A stretch of DNA of 64,000 nt from an uncultured Actinomycetes bacterium. Lineage in GTDB: Bacteria > Actinomycetota > Thermoleophilia > RBG-16-64-13. The stretch covers positions 27,076 to 91,075 of the forward strand of contig CAVPLM010000019.1 in NCBI GenBank assembly GCA_963706025.1. Direction: 5' to 3'. The position numbers and the translations under genes were made by a program. The notes below the pieces were generated by a model that saw nothing but the letters and a program-made list of their open reading frames with translations, was not told where the DNA came from and did no database searches. Shown here piece by piece: positions 1 through 9,962 of this stretch (the stretch's first letter is position 1; every line of letters begins with the position of its first letter).

Positions 1-857
1 AAGAAGAAGTTCACGACTTCATGCAGGACGCAGTCTGTCCTCCATGTGGAGATGTGATCAGCGGGCTTGACCCAGCCCAGCTCCCGCGTGATGGTCTCTT
101 TGATCTTCCGCCGCTCCCACGCGATGTAGTCGAATACCTTGATTTCTTGGATGGCAGGATCGTCCAGCTTCGGACGATCGCGCGCGAAAGGCGCATTGCC
201 CTTCACCGGGAACTCCAGCCGCTGCTTGAGGCTGAAGTACTCAGTTCTGTAGAAGTTGATGTCACGTAGCCTGTTCCACTTGGATCGGAGCATTCCCGGC
301 AATGCCCTCTCCTCGATGCGCTCAGTGGATTCCGCCGAGGATGTTCCCCAAAGAATCAGCGGCACGTCGTGTTTCTCGGCCGCTCTATAGGCCGCGGAAA
401 CGTAGCCGTACGAGCATTGGCGGCAGAGGGACAGCATCATATTCGCCAGACCGAGCGGCACCGCTGCACGGGTATTGGCCCGCACGATCTTGGTAGCCAC
501 GTCCTGTTTCGATCGCACCACCGACAGGTCCACACCCAGCGCGCGGCACGTGTTCTCGATGTTTCTCACTGCCTGCGGATTGCGAAATTCATTGTCGAAG
601 TTCACGGCCAGCGGCCTGAGTCCGTACACCTTCTTCGCCAGATACAGCACATAGCTGCTGTCGCGGCCTCCACTCAGTGGGACGATACTGTCGTAGCCGG
701 TCGGCCCCGGCCTCCGCTGAGCCAGCAGTTCCTTGAGCGCCGTCTCACCTGACAGTGTCTCTGGAACATAGCTCCGGCACAAAGAACACACGCCATTTTC
801 ATCGAAAGATATTCCTGGAACCGAGGCAGGCATTATGCAGGCAGTGCATCGATTCAT
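1..857 (-). CDS. N-acetyl sugar amidotransferase (PP-loop, WbuX/PseA-like), runs off the window
   Basis: Not in the ORF track because it has no stop in the window. Manual translation from ATG 857 (GGAGG RBS): MNRCTACIMPASVPGISFDENGVCSLC...YDSIVPLSGGRDSSYVLYLAKKVYGLRPLAV, with an N-terminal Cys cluster and the SGGxDS PP-loop. Confidence 0.85.
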   Translation of the reverse strand, partial: MNRCTACIMPASVPGISFDENGVCSLCRSYVPETLSGETALKELLAQRRPGPTGYDSIVPLSGGRDSSYVLYLAKKVYGLRPLAVNFDNEFRNPQAVRNIENTCRALGVDLSVVRSKQDVATKIVRANTRAAVPLGLANMMLSLCRQCSYGYVSAAYRAAEKHDVPLILWGTSSAESTERIEERALPGMLRSKWNRLRDINFYRTEYFSLKQRLEFPVKGNAPFARDRPKLDDPAIQEIKVFDYIAWERRKIKETITRELGWVKPADHISTWRTDCVLHEVVNFF

Positions 858-939
858 GAAGCCTCCGCAGTGAGCCTTCTATTCACGATCTGCGCAGCCA
901 TGAAACGGCAAGATCCGTGTAACCAACATCTCAACATCT

Positions 940-2124
940 CTATTCTCCAAGCTTGGCTGCCGCCAAACCGCCTGCGCCGAAACCAGAGGGGAGAGCCCGA
1001 AGCTTCCCAGGCAGATATCCGACGGACTGCGAGGTCGTTGTCGACGAAGTGCCGCCCGGGGTTGCCAACACTACGTTATCGAATGCGACTCCTGTACCCA
1101 GCTCCTCGCCCTCATATACGCCGTTGCGGAACACCACGTCAACGGGTTGCACGTATCCCCAGCCCACGAGCGCGTCGCCTCCCGAGGCTCTGAAGCGGTC
1201 GAACGTGATGCTGGCTCCGCCATAGAACTGGATGACCACGCCTCGCGAATCGGCTAGAAACGCGCCATCCTCAAACACGATATCGGACCACCCGCTCCCA
1301 ATGACCAGAGGCGATCCGCCGGTCCTGGCGTCGAGACTCACATTGGTGAACGTAAGGTCGCTCGAGGAACCACCCTCGACCCAGAGATGCAGCGTGTAGC
1401 CGGACCCACCGGAGAGGCTGCAGTCGGAAAAGCTGAGTCCGCGGCATTCCCGCTCAAGGTAGACAGTATGATGCTGGTTGTCTGGAAGTCTGACTGCCTG
1501 GAGGTCAAGACGCGCGAATGTCGAGTCGTGCACATGGGAAATGTAGAGGACCGTTTGGCAGTTGCGGGCCACGACATCGCTGACCGTCCAATGGTCGCCG
1601 ACCTGCCCTGAGCCCAGCTTCATGCCATAGGACAGATTGTCGAAGCGCAAGAAGCTCGCTTTGCAGTCGCGCGCTCCGACCATATAGACGCCGCTGACGT
1701 CACTGCCGTGGTCATCCGAGCGAAAACTGAGCCCGGAGAGGGTGACTTTTTGGAGATTGGTTCCCTGCATGATGAAGGTCTGCGAGGACTGCGCCGGCAT
1801 GGCGAGGACGGTTTGCCCCCGTATTCCCTCGATGGTGATACCGCTCTCAAGCTCCAGGGTTGACCCGACCAGGAACACGCCCGCCGGGATCATCACGTTG
1901 CCGTGGTCGTCAGAAGCCGCGTCGATCGCCGCCTGGATAGCCCCGGCATCGTCGGTAACCCCGTCAGCCCGGGCCCCATAGTCCAGGACGTTGAAGGTAT
2001 GGCTGCCGGTCGAGACGGAGACGGACACGCCAATGGCGACGCAAACAGCAACAACGACCGCTGCTGCCGCCAGCAGCCACGGGCGAGCATGGCCCGCCGA
2101 GCGCCAACGAACGGGGAGCGACAC
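940..2124 (-). CDS. Secreted right-handed beta-helix protein (pectate lyase 3/GH28-related)
   Basis: Hydrophobic N-terminus, FNVLDYGARADGVTDDAGAIQAAIDAA motif, beta-helix repeats, short Thr/Ser tail. Confidence 0.8.
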   Translation of the reverse strand: MSLPVRWRSAGHARPWLLAAAAVVVAVCVAIGVSVSVSTGSHTFNVLDYGARADGVTDDAGAIQAAIDAASDDHGNVMIPAGVFLVGSTLELESGITIEGIRGQTVLAMPAQSSQTFIMQGTNLQKVTLSGLSFRSDDHGSDVSGVYMVGARDCKASFLRFDNLSYGMKLGSGQVGDHWTVSDVVARNCQTVLYISHVHDSTFARLDLQAVRLPDNQHHTVYLERECRGLSFSDCSLSGGSGYTLHLWVEGGSSSDLTFTNVSLDARTGGSPLVIGSGWSDIVFEDGAFLADSRGVVIQFYGGASITFDRFRASGGDALVGWGYVQPVDVVFRNGVYEGEELGTGVAFDNVVLATPGGTSSTTTSQSVGYLPGKLRALPSGFGAGGLAAAKLGE

Positions 2125-2210
2125 GTGTTACTCCGTTCTGTAGAGGGGTGTGGATTCTATACCGGGCGGACCGGCTAGACAAATGCCGTGGCATTCTCGC
2201 AGCATACAAG

Positions 2211-2238
2211 CAGGCCGGCGTCTCACGGCGCCGGCCTG
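2211..2238 (-). terminator. GC-rich hairpin, possible terminator between the two beta-helix genes
   Basis: caggccggcg...cgccggcctg inverted repeat (10-bp perfect stem); weak U-tract. Confidence 0.4.
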
Positions 2239-2376
2239 TCCGCCCAGCATATTCCTGGCTCTTCGGCTCGCTATTCCAGGAGGGTAAGAGTGCCGAGGAC
2301 CTCGGTCAGTTCGCGGTCTGCCATTGGCCCAGCCTAAGTGATATCCCCCAGGTTGACATGCGACCTCGGTTGACTC

Positions 2377-5334
2377 TCAGTCTGCGCTCACCGAGAAGCT
2401 GCCCGGGCTGGTGGCCCAGCTCATGAAGTCGCCGGTGCCGGCCACCGGCCGGTAGGCTACGATGACTTGGTAGTCCCGACCGGACGGTACGCCGGTCACG
2501 CTGAGATCGGTGGAGAAGCGGCTGCCGGTAGCTGCCACCAGTTTGGTGGCAAACCAGTCGTCCGAGCTGGAACGGACCCACACCCCGAACTCACCACCAG
2601 CGAGAGCGGTGTTCGTGGTCCAGCTGGCCGTGACGCTTTGAGTCGAGGCGTAGCCGCCGGTGCCAATCGGGGCGGTGATAGTGATCGTGGGAGCGGTCGT
2701 TCCGATCGTGGTCGGCTGCAGGGTCGCGGTGGTGGGAGCCCGCAGTGTCACCCCGCTCGCGTCTATCCCGGTCCCGGAGCCGATTTGAGTCCCGTAGTAG
2801 ACGCCGGAGATGGAGCTGCCGCTTGAGGCCCCTTTAAAGAGCCGCTGGCCGCCAGCCGCCTCCAGGCCGGTGATACGGGTGTTGGTGGAGAGGATCTGGA
2901 TGAGGGCCTGGGTCGAATCACTCTGCCCCGGTATGACGAGGCCGTTGATGGTGATGCGGTCGTAGTCGTGGCTGAGGTAGATGGCCCGACTGCCTTCCCT
3001 GGCATCCACGGTCAGGTTGTTGAAGGTGATATCGTGCGAGCCGGTGCCACCGTAGATGTGAATCCCATAGCCGGAGCCCCGTCTGAATAGAGTGTTCGTG
3101 AAGCTGAGGTTAGTGGCGTTCCGTTCTATGTAGATGCCATGGGTCTGGTTCGACTGTGTTTCCTGCCGACCCACCGCGTCTATGTCCCAGTCGGTGAACA
3201 CCCCCCCATTGATGTCGCTTAAGTACATGGGCCGGAGGCAGTTCACCGAGACGATGCCCGAGAAGCGGTAGTTGGTGCCGATGGCCGAGGCGTTCCCCGT
3301 CTTGATCCCCCAGAACAGGTTGGTCAGGCGGATGTTCTCCAGGGTGAGGCCCTGGTTGGAGCCGGCCCACACGGCCCCCGCATTGTCAGTGTAGGCAGCC
3401 GACCTAAAGCCCAGGTCGCGGATGGTGATGTTGGACCTGCCTTCGATGTTGAATATCCAGGTCAAGCTGGACCGGGCCGGCATGGCAAGAACGGTCTGGG
3501 TGGGCCCGTCCCCCTGCACCACCAGGTTGCTCGGCGGGTAGATGGAGCTCGATACCGCATAGGTGCCCGCGGGCAGGTAGGCGGTCTTGCCCGCCGCCGC
3601 CGCCGCGTCCATACACTTCTGGATGGCGGCACTGTCGTTAGTCACCCCGTCAGCCTTGGCCCCATAGTCCCTCACGTTGAGTGTTGCCGAGGATGAGGGG
3701 GTGGGCGGGGCTGTCGTCGAGGTCGTCGACCTCACCGTCGTCGTCGTGGCCCGCAGAGTCGTGGTGGTGGGCGGCAGCGTGGTTGTCGTACTCGGCAGGG
3801 TCGTGGTGGTCGCGGTCGGCCGCACCGTCGTGGTCGTGGTCGGAGCGGTCGCATGCACTGAGAAACTGCCCGGGCTGGTGGCCCAGCTCGTGAAGGCGCC
3901 GGTGCCGGCCATCGGCCGGTAGGCCACGATGACCTCATAGCCCAGGCCGGCGGGTACGCCGGTCACGCTGAGAGCGGTGGAGAAGCTGCTGCCGTTAGCC
4001 GCCACCAGTTTGGTGGCATACCAGCCGCCCTGGGGCGAACGCACCCACGCCCCGAACTCACCGCCGGCGACATTCCTGCTCGTGGTCCACCTGGCCGTGA
4101 CGCTTTGGGTAGAGGCGTAACCGCCGATGCCGGTCGGGGCGGTGATATTGATCCTGGGAGCGGTCATGGTGGTCGTGGTCGTGGTGGGTGCGACCGTCGT
4201 GGTGGTGCTCGGCGGCCTGATCGTCGTCGTAGTCGTCGGCGCGATGGTCGTGACAGTTGTCGTCCCCCCGAGACTTACGTTCTCGAGGCTGACCCCGCTG
4301 GCGTTCCCCAATGCCGGGCCCGCGTAGGTCCCGTTTCTCATGATCGCCCCGTCACAACCGCCTGCCACCAACGATGAGCCGCCCGAGGCCGAAAAACGGT
4401 CGAAAAGGATGTTGCTGCCTCCGTAGAACTGGACTACCTGCCCGCCGGCCGTCTTCATGGTTGTGTCGGTGAAGGTCACATTGGAGAAGCCGCTCCCGAT
4501 AACCAGGGGGTAGCGGCCCGCAGTGGAGTCCAGACTCAGTCCGTCGAAGGTGAGGTCGCTGGAACTGCCCCCAGACAAATAGAGTTGCAGGGTATATCCC
4601 GAACCGCCCGATAGAGTGCAGTCGGTGAACGTGCAGCGTCTCACCTCGCCTTCAACGTAGATCGAGTGCTGCTGGTTGCTTCCGACCATCCGCACTGCCT
4701 CAAGGTCGAGTCGGGTGAAGGCCGAGTCCCTAACGTAGGAGATGTAGAGGGGAGCAAGGCAACTGCGGGCCACGATGTCGGAAATGACCCAGCCGCTACC
4801 CATGTTGCCCGAACCCAGTTTCATTCCGCGGTAGAGTCCTTCAAGGCGTAGGTTGCTCGCCCGGCAGTTTTGGGCTCCCGACAAGAAGATGCCCCCTACG
4901 TTGCCCGCATAGCCGTCGCTGCGAAAGGTGAGGCCGGTGATGGTCACGTTGGACAGGTCCTTGCTGTCCATAATGAAGGTCTGCCCGGACTGCGCGGCCA
5001 TGTAAAGGATCGACTGTCCCGGCGTGCCCTGGATGGTGACATTGCTCCTTGGGTGCACGGAGGAATTAACACGGAACGTCCCCGCAGGGAAGACCACGGT
5101 GCCCGCAACCGGAGCGGCTGCGTCTATCGCTTGCTGGATCGCCGCGGAATCGTTGGTCACGCCGTCGCCTTTAGCCCCGTAGTCGAGAACGCTGAAGCTC
5201 TGGCCCGCGGCGTTGGCCTGAGAGTTCACAAGAACCAGCAACACGAGGAAAGCGACGAATAGGAGTGCTAGTGAGCGGATGAGTCCGATGCGTTGCTTAC
5301 CAGTCGATTGGACGAGGGCAGCTTGACACTTCAT
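2377..5334 (-). CDS. Large secreted protein: two beta-helix domains, Thr/Pro-rich linkers and a duplicated ~100-aa beta-rich module
   Basis: Signal peptide ending ANA-A; two DYGAKxDGVTNDSAAIQ motifs; TTTTT linkers; module ITAPxGxGGYASTQSVTA...SWATSPGSFSV occurs twice. Confidence 0.85.
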   Translation of the reverse strand: MKCQAALVQSTGKQRIGLIRSLALLFVAFLVLLVLVNSQANAAGQSFSVLDYGAKGDGVTNDSAAIQQAIDAAAPVAGTVVFPAGTFRVNSSVHPRSNVTIQGTPGQSILYMAAQSGQTFIMDSKDLSNVTITGLTFRSDGYAGNVGGIFLSGAQNCRASNLRLEGLYRGMKLGSGNMGSGWVISDIVARSCLAPLYISYVRDSAFTRLDLEAVRMVGSNQQHSIYVEGEVRRCTFTDCTLSGGSGYTLQLYLSGGSSSDLTFDGLSLDSTAGRYPLVIGSGFSNVTFTDTTMKTAGGQVVQFYGGSNILFDRFSASGGSSLVAGGCDGAIMRNGTYAGPALGNASGVSLENVSLGGTTTVTTIAPTTTTTIRPPSTTTTVAPTTTTTTMTAPRINITAPTGIGGYASTQSVTARWTTSRNVAGGEFGAWVRSPQGGWYATKLVAANGSSFSTALSVTGVPAGLGYEVIVAYRPMAGTGAFTSWATSPGSFSVHATAPTTTTTVRPTATTTTLPSTTTTLPPTTTTLRATTTTVRSTTSTTAPPTPSSSATLNVRDYGAKADGVTNDSAAIQKCMDAAAAAGKTAYLPAGTYAVSSSIYPPSNLVVQGDGPTQTVLAMPARSSLTWIFNIEGRSNITIRDLGFRSAAYTDNAGAVWAGSNQGLTLENIRLTNLFWGIKTGNASAIGTNYRFSGIVSVNCLRPMYLSDINGGVFTDWDIDAVGRQETQSNQTHGIYIERNATNLSFTNTLFRRGSGYGIHIYGGTGSHDITFNNLTVDAREGSRAIYLSHDYDRITINGLVIPGQSDSTQALIQILSTNTRITGLEAAGGQRLFKGASSGSSISGVYYGTQIGSGTGIDASGVTLRAPTTATLQPTTIGTTAPTITITAPIGTGGYASTQSVTASWTTNTALAGGEFGVWVRSSSDDWFATKLVAATGSRFSTDLSVTGVPSGRDYQVIVAYRPVAGTGDFMSWATSPGSFSVSAD

Positions 5335-5352
5335 CTGTTGCCTCCATAAGCA

Positions 5353-5394
5353 AGGCCTGACCCGAGAAGGCGCTAGGCCTCCAGGGTCAGGCCT
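5353..5394 (-). promoter_or_regulatory. Hairpin between the riboswitch aptamer and the RBS (putative expression platform)
   Basis: aggcctgaccc (5353-5363) / gggtcaggcct (5384-5394) 11-bp inverted repeat, directly 5' of the GGAGG RBS of the 985-aa gene. Confidence 0.55.
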
Positions 5395-5396
5395 GG

Positions 5397-5478
5397 AGAC
5401 TTCGGCAACCCGGCTGACTCTGGTGGAGTCCCGTGGCTTTGCGCCCCCACCTCACGATGGGTTTGCCTTTTCGTTTCT
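5397..5478 (-). ncRNA. c-di-GMP-I (GEMM) riboswitch
   Basis: Minus strand reads AAAAGGCAAACCCATCGTGAGGTGGGGGCGCAAAGCCACGGGACTCCACCAGAGTCAGCCGGGTTGCCGAA. It has the GGCAAAC, GNRA-looped P2 (GTGA), CGCAAAGCC and GCCGGGTTGCCGA hallmarks and lies in the 5' leader of a surface protein gene. Confidence 0.88.
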
Positions 5479-5835
5479 GGCTAACTGCTACTGTTAAAGC
5501 AGGAGTTCTATCGGCGGGCCGACGGGTTTCCTTGAGCGTTGATTACACTGTGGGAGAAACCGCTGGACCGCGGACACGTTGGGCCGTAGCCTAGACGCCA
5601 ACTCGATGGCCGTCTGAGCGAGGACCGAACGCGGCCGAAGGATGTGCAGCGAAACTGCCCGGGCCGGGACAGACCCCTGCCGTTTCTGCCAGCTTGGCAG
5701 CGCATGTTCTCGAGCGGTTGAATGTCGGGTGGCCTTGGTTTGGTGAGCTGCAAGCAAGCGTCGTAGAATGATGGTCGCGGGGCTAGTCTCCAGACCATTG
5801 CTTTTCAAACTGGGCAAAGCGGGCTGCTGTAACTG

Positions 5836-7179
5836 ATGAACACATCGCACATGTCGGAGACCGAGGACCAGCCCGCTCCCGGGAAACCCCTGCCGATCGC
5901 ATCGTCCGCCGAGACTCGCACGGCCGGCAACGCGAGAAAGGCGAAGATAGCTTTCTTCGGGCACTTCGGGCGAGGCAACTGGGGCAACGAAAGCACCCTT
6001 CAGGCAACGCTCTGCTGCCTGCGCCGTCTGGCGCCGGACGCGGAATTCATGTGCATCTGCACCGGTCCGGACACGGTCGCTAGGACGTACAGCATCACCG
6101 CAGTACCCAGCAGGACCTTCTCAGCCGAGCGCCGGACTCCCCATAACAGACTGATCAGATCGGCGCGGAGGCTCGTGGTCGGAGTGCCCCGCGAGCTTCG
6201 CCAGTGGATAGGGAGCCTCAAGACACTGCGAGGTACGGACGCGCTGGTCGTTCCAGGGACCGGCTTGTTGAATGACGTCGATACTTTCCTCTCCTGGGGT
6301 CCATATGACATGTTCCGCTGGTCAGTCGCCGCGAGATTGTGTCGCTGCAAGGTCCTCTTTGTAAGCGTCGGAGCCGGTCCTCTCGACAGCCACGCCGGCA
6401 GATTCCTCGTCAAGTCAGCGCTTTCCCTGGCGGACTTCCGCTCCTACCGGGACGAGTCTACGCAGCAGTATCTTGAGGGAATCGGGTTCCGGGCCGGCCA
6501 TGACCCCCTCTATCCGGATCTGGCCTTCAGCTTGTCGGAGGATCTGGCACCAGAACGCAACGACAGCTGGAAACCCAGACCGGTCGTCGGCATCGGGCTG
6601 ATGAAATACGCCGGGGAATACGGCTTCGAGAAACCGACCAGGGTTGTCTATACAGCGTACCTGCGGACTCTAGTGGATTTTGTCGAGTGGCTGCTTCTCC
6701 GAGGATACGACGCCCGGCTACTGATCGGGGACGTCGTCGACAGACCCGCAGTGCAAGAGTTCAGATCATTGCTGGACGAACGGCCGGTGACGCAGGAAGC
6801 GGGCCGGGTCATCGATGAGCCTATCGAGTCCGTGGAGGGACTGCTGAGGCAACTCGTGGCAACGGATCTTGTGGTGGCAACTCGCTTTCACAACGTCCTC
6901 TTGGCGCTGCTCCTCAACAAGCCGGTCATCGCAATCTCTTTCCACCACAAATGCACTTCGCTCATGAGTCAGATGGGATTGTCGGAGTACTGTCAGGACA
7001 TCGATCGCCTGAGCACCAGCAGACTCTTCGGGCAATTCTCCGAACTCGAGCAGAACGCAGGTGATGTGAAGCGGATGGTGGCCGAAATAGTCGGTGCAAA
7101 ACGGGACGCGCTGGCCGAGCAATACGGCATCATACTAGAAAGGATCTGGCCGGACACGGTGTCAAGGCCACTCCCCTGA
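5836..7179 (+). CDS. Polysaccharide pyruvyl transferase family protein
   Basis: GHFGRGNWGNE N-terminal motif, SYRDEST, YPDLAF, VATRFHNVLLAL. Confidence 0.85.
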   Translation: MNTSHMSETEDQPAPGKPLPIASSAETRTAGNARKAKIAFFGHFGRGNWGNESTLQATLCCLRRLAPDAEFMCICTGPDTVARTYSITAVPSRTFSAERRTPHNRLIRSARRLVVGVPRELRQWIGSLKTLRGTDALVVPGTGLLNDVDTFLSWGPYDMFRWSVAARLCRCKVLFVSVGAGPLDSHAGRFLVKSALSLADFRSYRDESTQQYLEGIGFRAGHDPLYPDLAFSLSEDLAPERNDSWKPRPVVGIGLMKYAGEYGFEKPTRVVYTAYLRTLVDFVEWLLLRGYDARLLIGDVVDRPAVQEFRSLLDERPVTQEAGRVIDEPIESVEGLLRQLVATDLVVATRFHNVLLALLLNKPVIAISFHHKCTSLMSQMGLSEYCQDIDRLSTSRLFGQFSELEQNAGDVKRMVAEIVGAKRDALAEQYGIILERIWPDTVSRPLP

Positions 7180-7315
7180 ACCATCGGATCGTTCACGCGA
7201 GCGGGCCCCACGGTTGCCACCGGCCAGGAACCGACCTCACTAGGGTCGCTGTTCACGCCCAAGATCTTACGTACCCCCACCGTGCCTTGCTCTCGGATGT
7301 GCAGACAGGTGGTGG

Positions 7316-8263
7316 TCACTCGCGAGGTTCGGGGCGGAATCGACCCTGTTCCCACTGTCCCCGGTACCAGCGTGCGGTGAGGACCAACCCCTCGTCCAAG
7401 GGAACAGCCGCCTTCCACCCAAGCAACTCTTCGGTGCGGGCCACATCGGCGACCGGTTGACACTCAAGTGGACGATCGGTGAGGGCGCCGAGCTCAAGAC
7501 CGACGCTCGGATTCGCAAGTGCGGCCAGGCTTTCGGCCACCGAGCGCACCGAAGTGGCCTCACCCCGGCCGACGTCGACGGTCTTTCCACCCAGGCCCTG
7601 TCGACCTCCCGCGCGGACGAAGGCTTCGACCACATCCTCGACGTACACCCAATCTATCAGGCGCTGCCCGCTGCTCAGCTTCGGGCGTTCGCCCCTGAAA
7701 CAACTCACAAGTACATAGGGAACCAGCTTCCGCAGGTCCATCTGGCCGGGCCCGTAGACCATGAACAACCGGAGTACTACAACATCGAGTTGGTACAGCG
7801 CGTAGAACATGCGTGCGTAGCTGGAAGCGGCGCACTTGGCGGCGGCGTAGGGCGAGCAAGGAACCAGGCTGTTCCCCTCGAGCTCGGGCTCCTCCATAGA
7901 ACCTGCGAGAACCACTCTGCCGACGCCGGTCTCTGCAGCGGCTGTCATGACGTTGACCGCAGCCATGAGGTTGCTCTGGATGGTGGCTTGCACCCAGGAG
8001 AGTTCTCTTGAGCCGGTCACCTCGCTGGCGAGATGGAATACCAGCCTTGGTCTCACCGCTGCGATGACCCTGCGTGCCTGGTCCAACTCTGAGAGATCGG
8101 CCTGCCACCACCGCACCTCTCCCTCGTTGGCCGCCAGCGTTCTCCGCGAAACGGCATGAACCTCACCGGCAAGCGCCAGACGGCTAAGCAGACGGGAGCC
8201 GATGAAGCCACTTGCCCCAGTGACCAGGACCGGACTACTCTCCGTGCGAGTTTGCATACCCAT
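7316..8263 (-). CDS. NAD-dependent epimerase/reductase (extended SDR)
   Basis: VLVTGASGFIG, SPYAAAK (YxxxK), VYGPG. Confidence 0.85.
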   Translation of the reverse strand: MGMQTRTESSPVLVTGASGFIGSRLLSRLALAGEVHAVSRRTLAANEGEVRWWQADLSELDQARRVIAAVRPRLVFHLASEVTGSRELSWVQATIQSNLMAAVNVMTAAAETGVGRVVLAGSMEEPELEGNSLVPCSPYAAAKCAASSYARMFYALYQLDVVVLRLFMVYGPGQMDLRKLVPYVLVSCFRGERPKLSSGQRLIDWVYVEDVVEAFVRAGGRQGLGGKTVDVGRGEATSVRSVAESLAALANPSVGLELGALTDRPLECQPVADVARTEELLGWKAAVPLDEGLVLTARWYRGQWEQGRFRPEPRE

Positions 8264-8277
8264 CAGTCAAGACCACC

Positions 8278-9588
8278 TCACAACGGATCAGCCGCAGTCA
8301 GAAGGCGGGCGTCTACCAGACGCCCGGCCGCTTCTTGAACAACCGCAAAGGGCACGCCCGACCTGTCGGCTATGTCCAGCAGGTCATGGTTCCCATCAGA
8401 CAGGCTCAAGACCCAAAGCAGCGCCCGTTCAGCTGTTCCTATGGAGGTGTAGAGTCCCCGTTTGCCAAGTTGCGGCTCACATTTGGGGTTGAGATTCCTG
8501 AAGGTCCGGTTGCCGTCCAAGACAGCGAGTATCTCGACGATCCTCCTGTAGCTGTCTCCGAGGCTCTCCACCGTCACAAAATCCAAATCATCGGCGGACG
8601 TATGGTACTCGGGGTAGGACCCGTAGGGTGTTCGCGAGAAGCGGCCGACCGGAAGGTCGAACCCGGGCGAACAGTACTGTCGTTCGTCATAGCCGTAGGG
8701 ATCGAAGTCGAGGATCTCGTGAGGCTGCCCACTGTGACTGAGCACATGAGCGGCCGCGCGGTCGATCTCCGCATCGCCTCTGCGGCTCCTTTTGTAGGTG
8801 ATCACACCGCGATCGCCCAGGCCGGTAAGTACCAGTCCATGCCGAATACGGGGGACTCCGCTCTCGTTCAGGGCCAGCCAGGTGATCGCGCCGATCGTCC
8901 CCGGGATGAAGAGGAACCGGTACGAATAGCGGCGTCCAGCCAAGCTCATCTGTCTTGCCAACAAAGTCGCCAGGGAGACTCCCGAAAGATTGTCGTTGCA
9001 GAGGGACGGATGGCAGGCGTGACAGGAGATCAGTATCTCTGCATCCTCGGCCCCTCGCAGATAGAGCTCCCCGTAGGTCAAGAAGCCGTCATCAAGACTG
9101 GAATCTATCAGAACCTCATAGTCACCTTCTCGGAGACCGAGAAGATCGCGATGACTCAAGCAGAACCCCCAATTCTCCTCGTAGTATGAAGTCCTATAGG
9201 GAGTCCACTCGGGCCGATCGGGAAGAGTGAAGAGATGGGGTCTCAGCTCCTCCAATGACATGACCCGGTCTACCGGCACGCTGTAGCTGACGACGTGCAG
9301 ATTCGACCTCTGGAAATCGATCACCTTGCGGCCTTGAGCATCCTTGACGTATGCGTCCCGTATATTCCACTCGCGAGGCACGGTCCAGTCGAACACCCGA
9401 GTCCCGGAGGGCACCTCACGGATCTGGAGGGGGATATAGCGCCCGAGAATATCCATGGTCTGGCGAAACCCGTTCCCGGTGATGCTCCGGCAGATCGGAT
9501 GAAGTTCCTCGATCAGAGCATAGATCTCCCGGCCGATCGCCGAGCTGTCAAGGGAGATGTCAAAGCCTGGACGGTCCACGTGCCTCAA
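8278..9588 (-). CDS. DUF4910 aminopeptidase-like protein of polysaccharide loci
   Basis: PICRSITGNG, GTRVFDWTVPREWNI, HACHPSLCNDNLSG, GYDERQYCSPG, YHTSADD, C-terminal wHTH. Confidence 0.85.
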   Translation of the reverse strand: MRHVDRPGFDISLDSSAIGREIYALIEELHPICRSITGNGFRQTMDILGRYIPLQIREVPSGTRVFDWTVPREWNIRDAYVKDAQGRKVIDFQRSNLHVVSYSVPVDRVMSLEELRPHLFTLPDRPEWTPYRTSYYEENWGFCLSHRDLLGLREGDYEVLIDSSLDDGFLTYGELYLRGAEDAEILISCHACHPSLCNDNLSGVSLATLLARQMSLAGRRYSYRFLFIPGTIGAITWLALNESGVPRIRHGLVLTGLGDRGVITYKRSRRGDAEIDRAAAHVLSHSGQPHEILDFDPYGYDERQYCSPGFDLPVGRFSRTPYGSYPEYHTSADDLDFVTVESLGDSYRRIVEILAVLDGNRTFRNLNPKCEPQLGKRGLYTSIGTAERALLWVLSLSDGNHDLLDIADRSGVPFAVVQEAAGRLVDARLLTAADPL

Positions 9589-9962
9589 CCCTTAGTCCAC
9601 TTCCCTCTGACACCAAGACCGCGCAAAGAACCCGCGCTCATCCTCGAGCTTCTCCAGATCGATCACATAAGCGCCTGGCAGGGGAGTAGGGTGGCGCAGC
9701 TTGCCTCGCGCCAGACCTCCCATGTCATCCTACCGTCGAGTATAGCCGTGTTCAGTTACGGTGCAAGTGGTCGGCTGCGGGCTGAAAGTGAGTGACTGCC
9801 CCTTCGGTCACGACGGATGCCCGCTCTCTGTCTCCTTGAGGAGGCATTCCACCTTCTCCCTCGAGCGTGAGACAATCGTGGTCGATTACATTTGGCTCTG
9901 GGGACTCTAGTCTCCATCGGGTGCTAGGCTCTGCAAACGCGAGGGCAATTGGAGAGGCGAAG

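Noticed and set aside
3690-4270. Repetitive gtcgtg/gtggtc tracts as a CRISPR or VNTR array
   Set aside because: They encode Thr/Pro linkers; there is no repeat-spacer structure.
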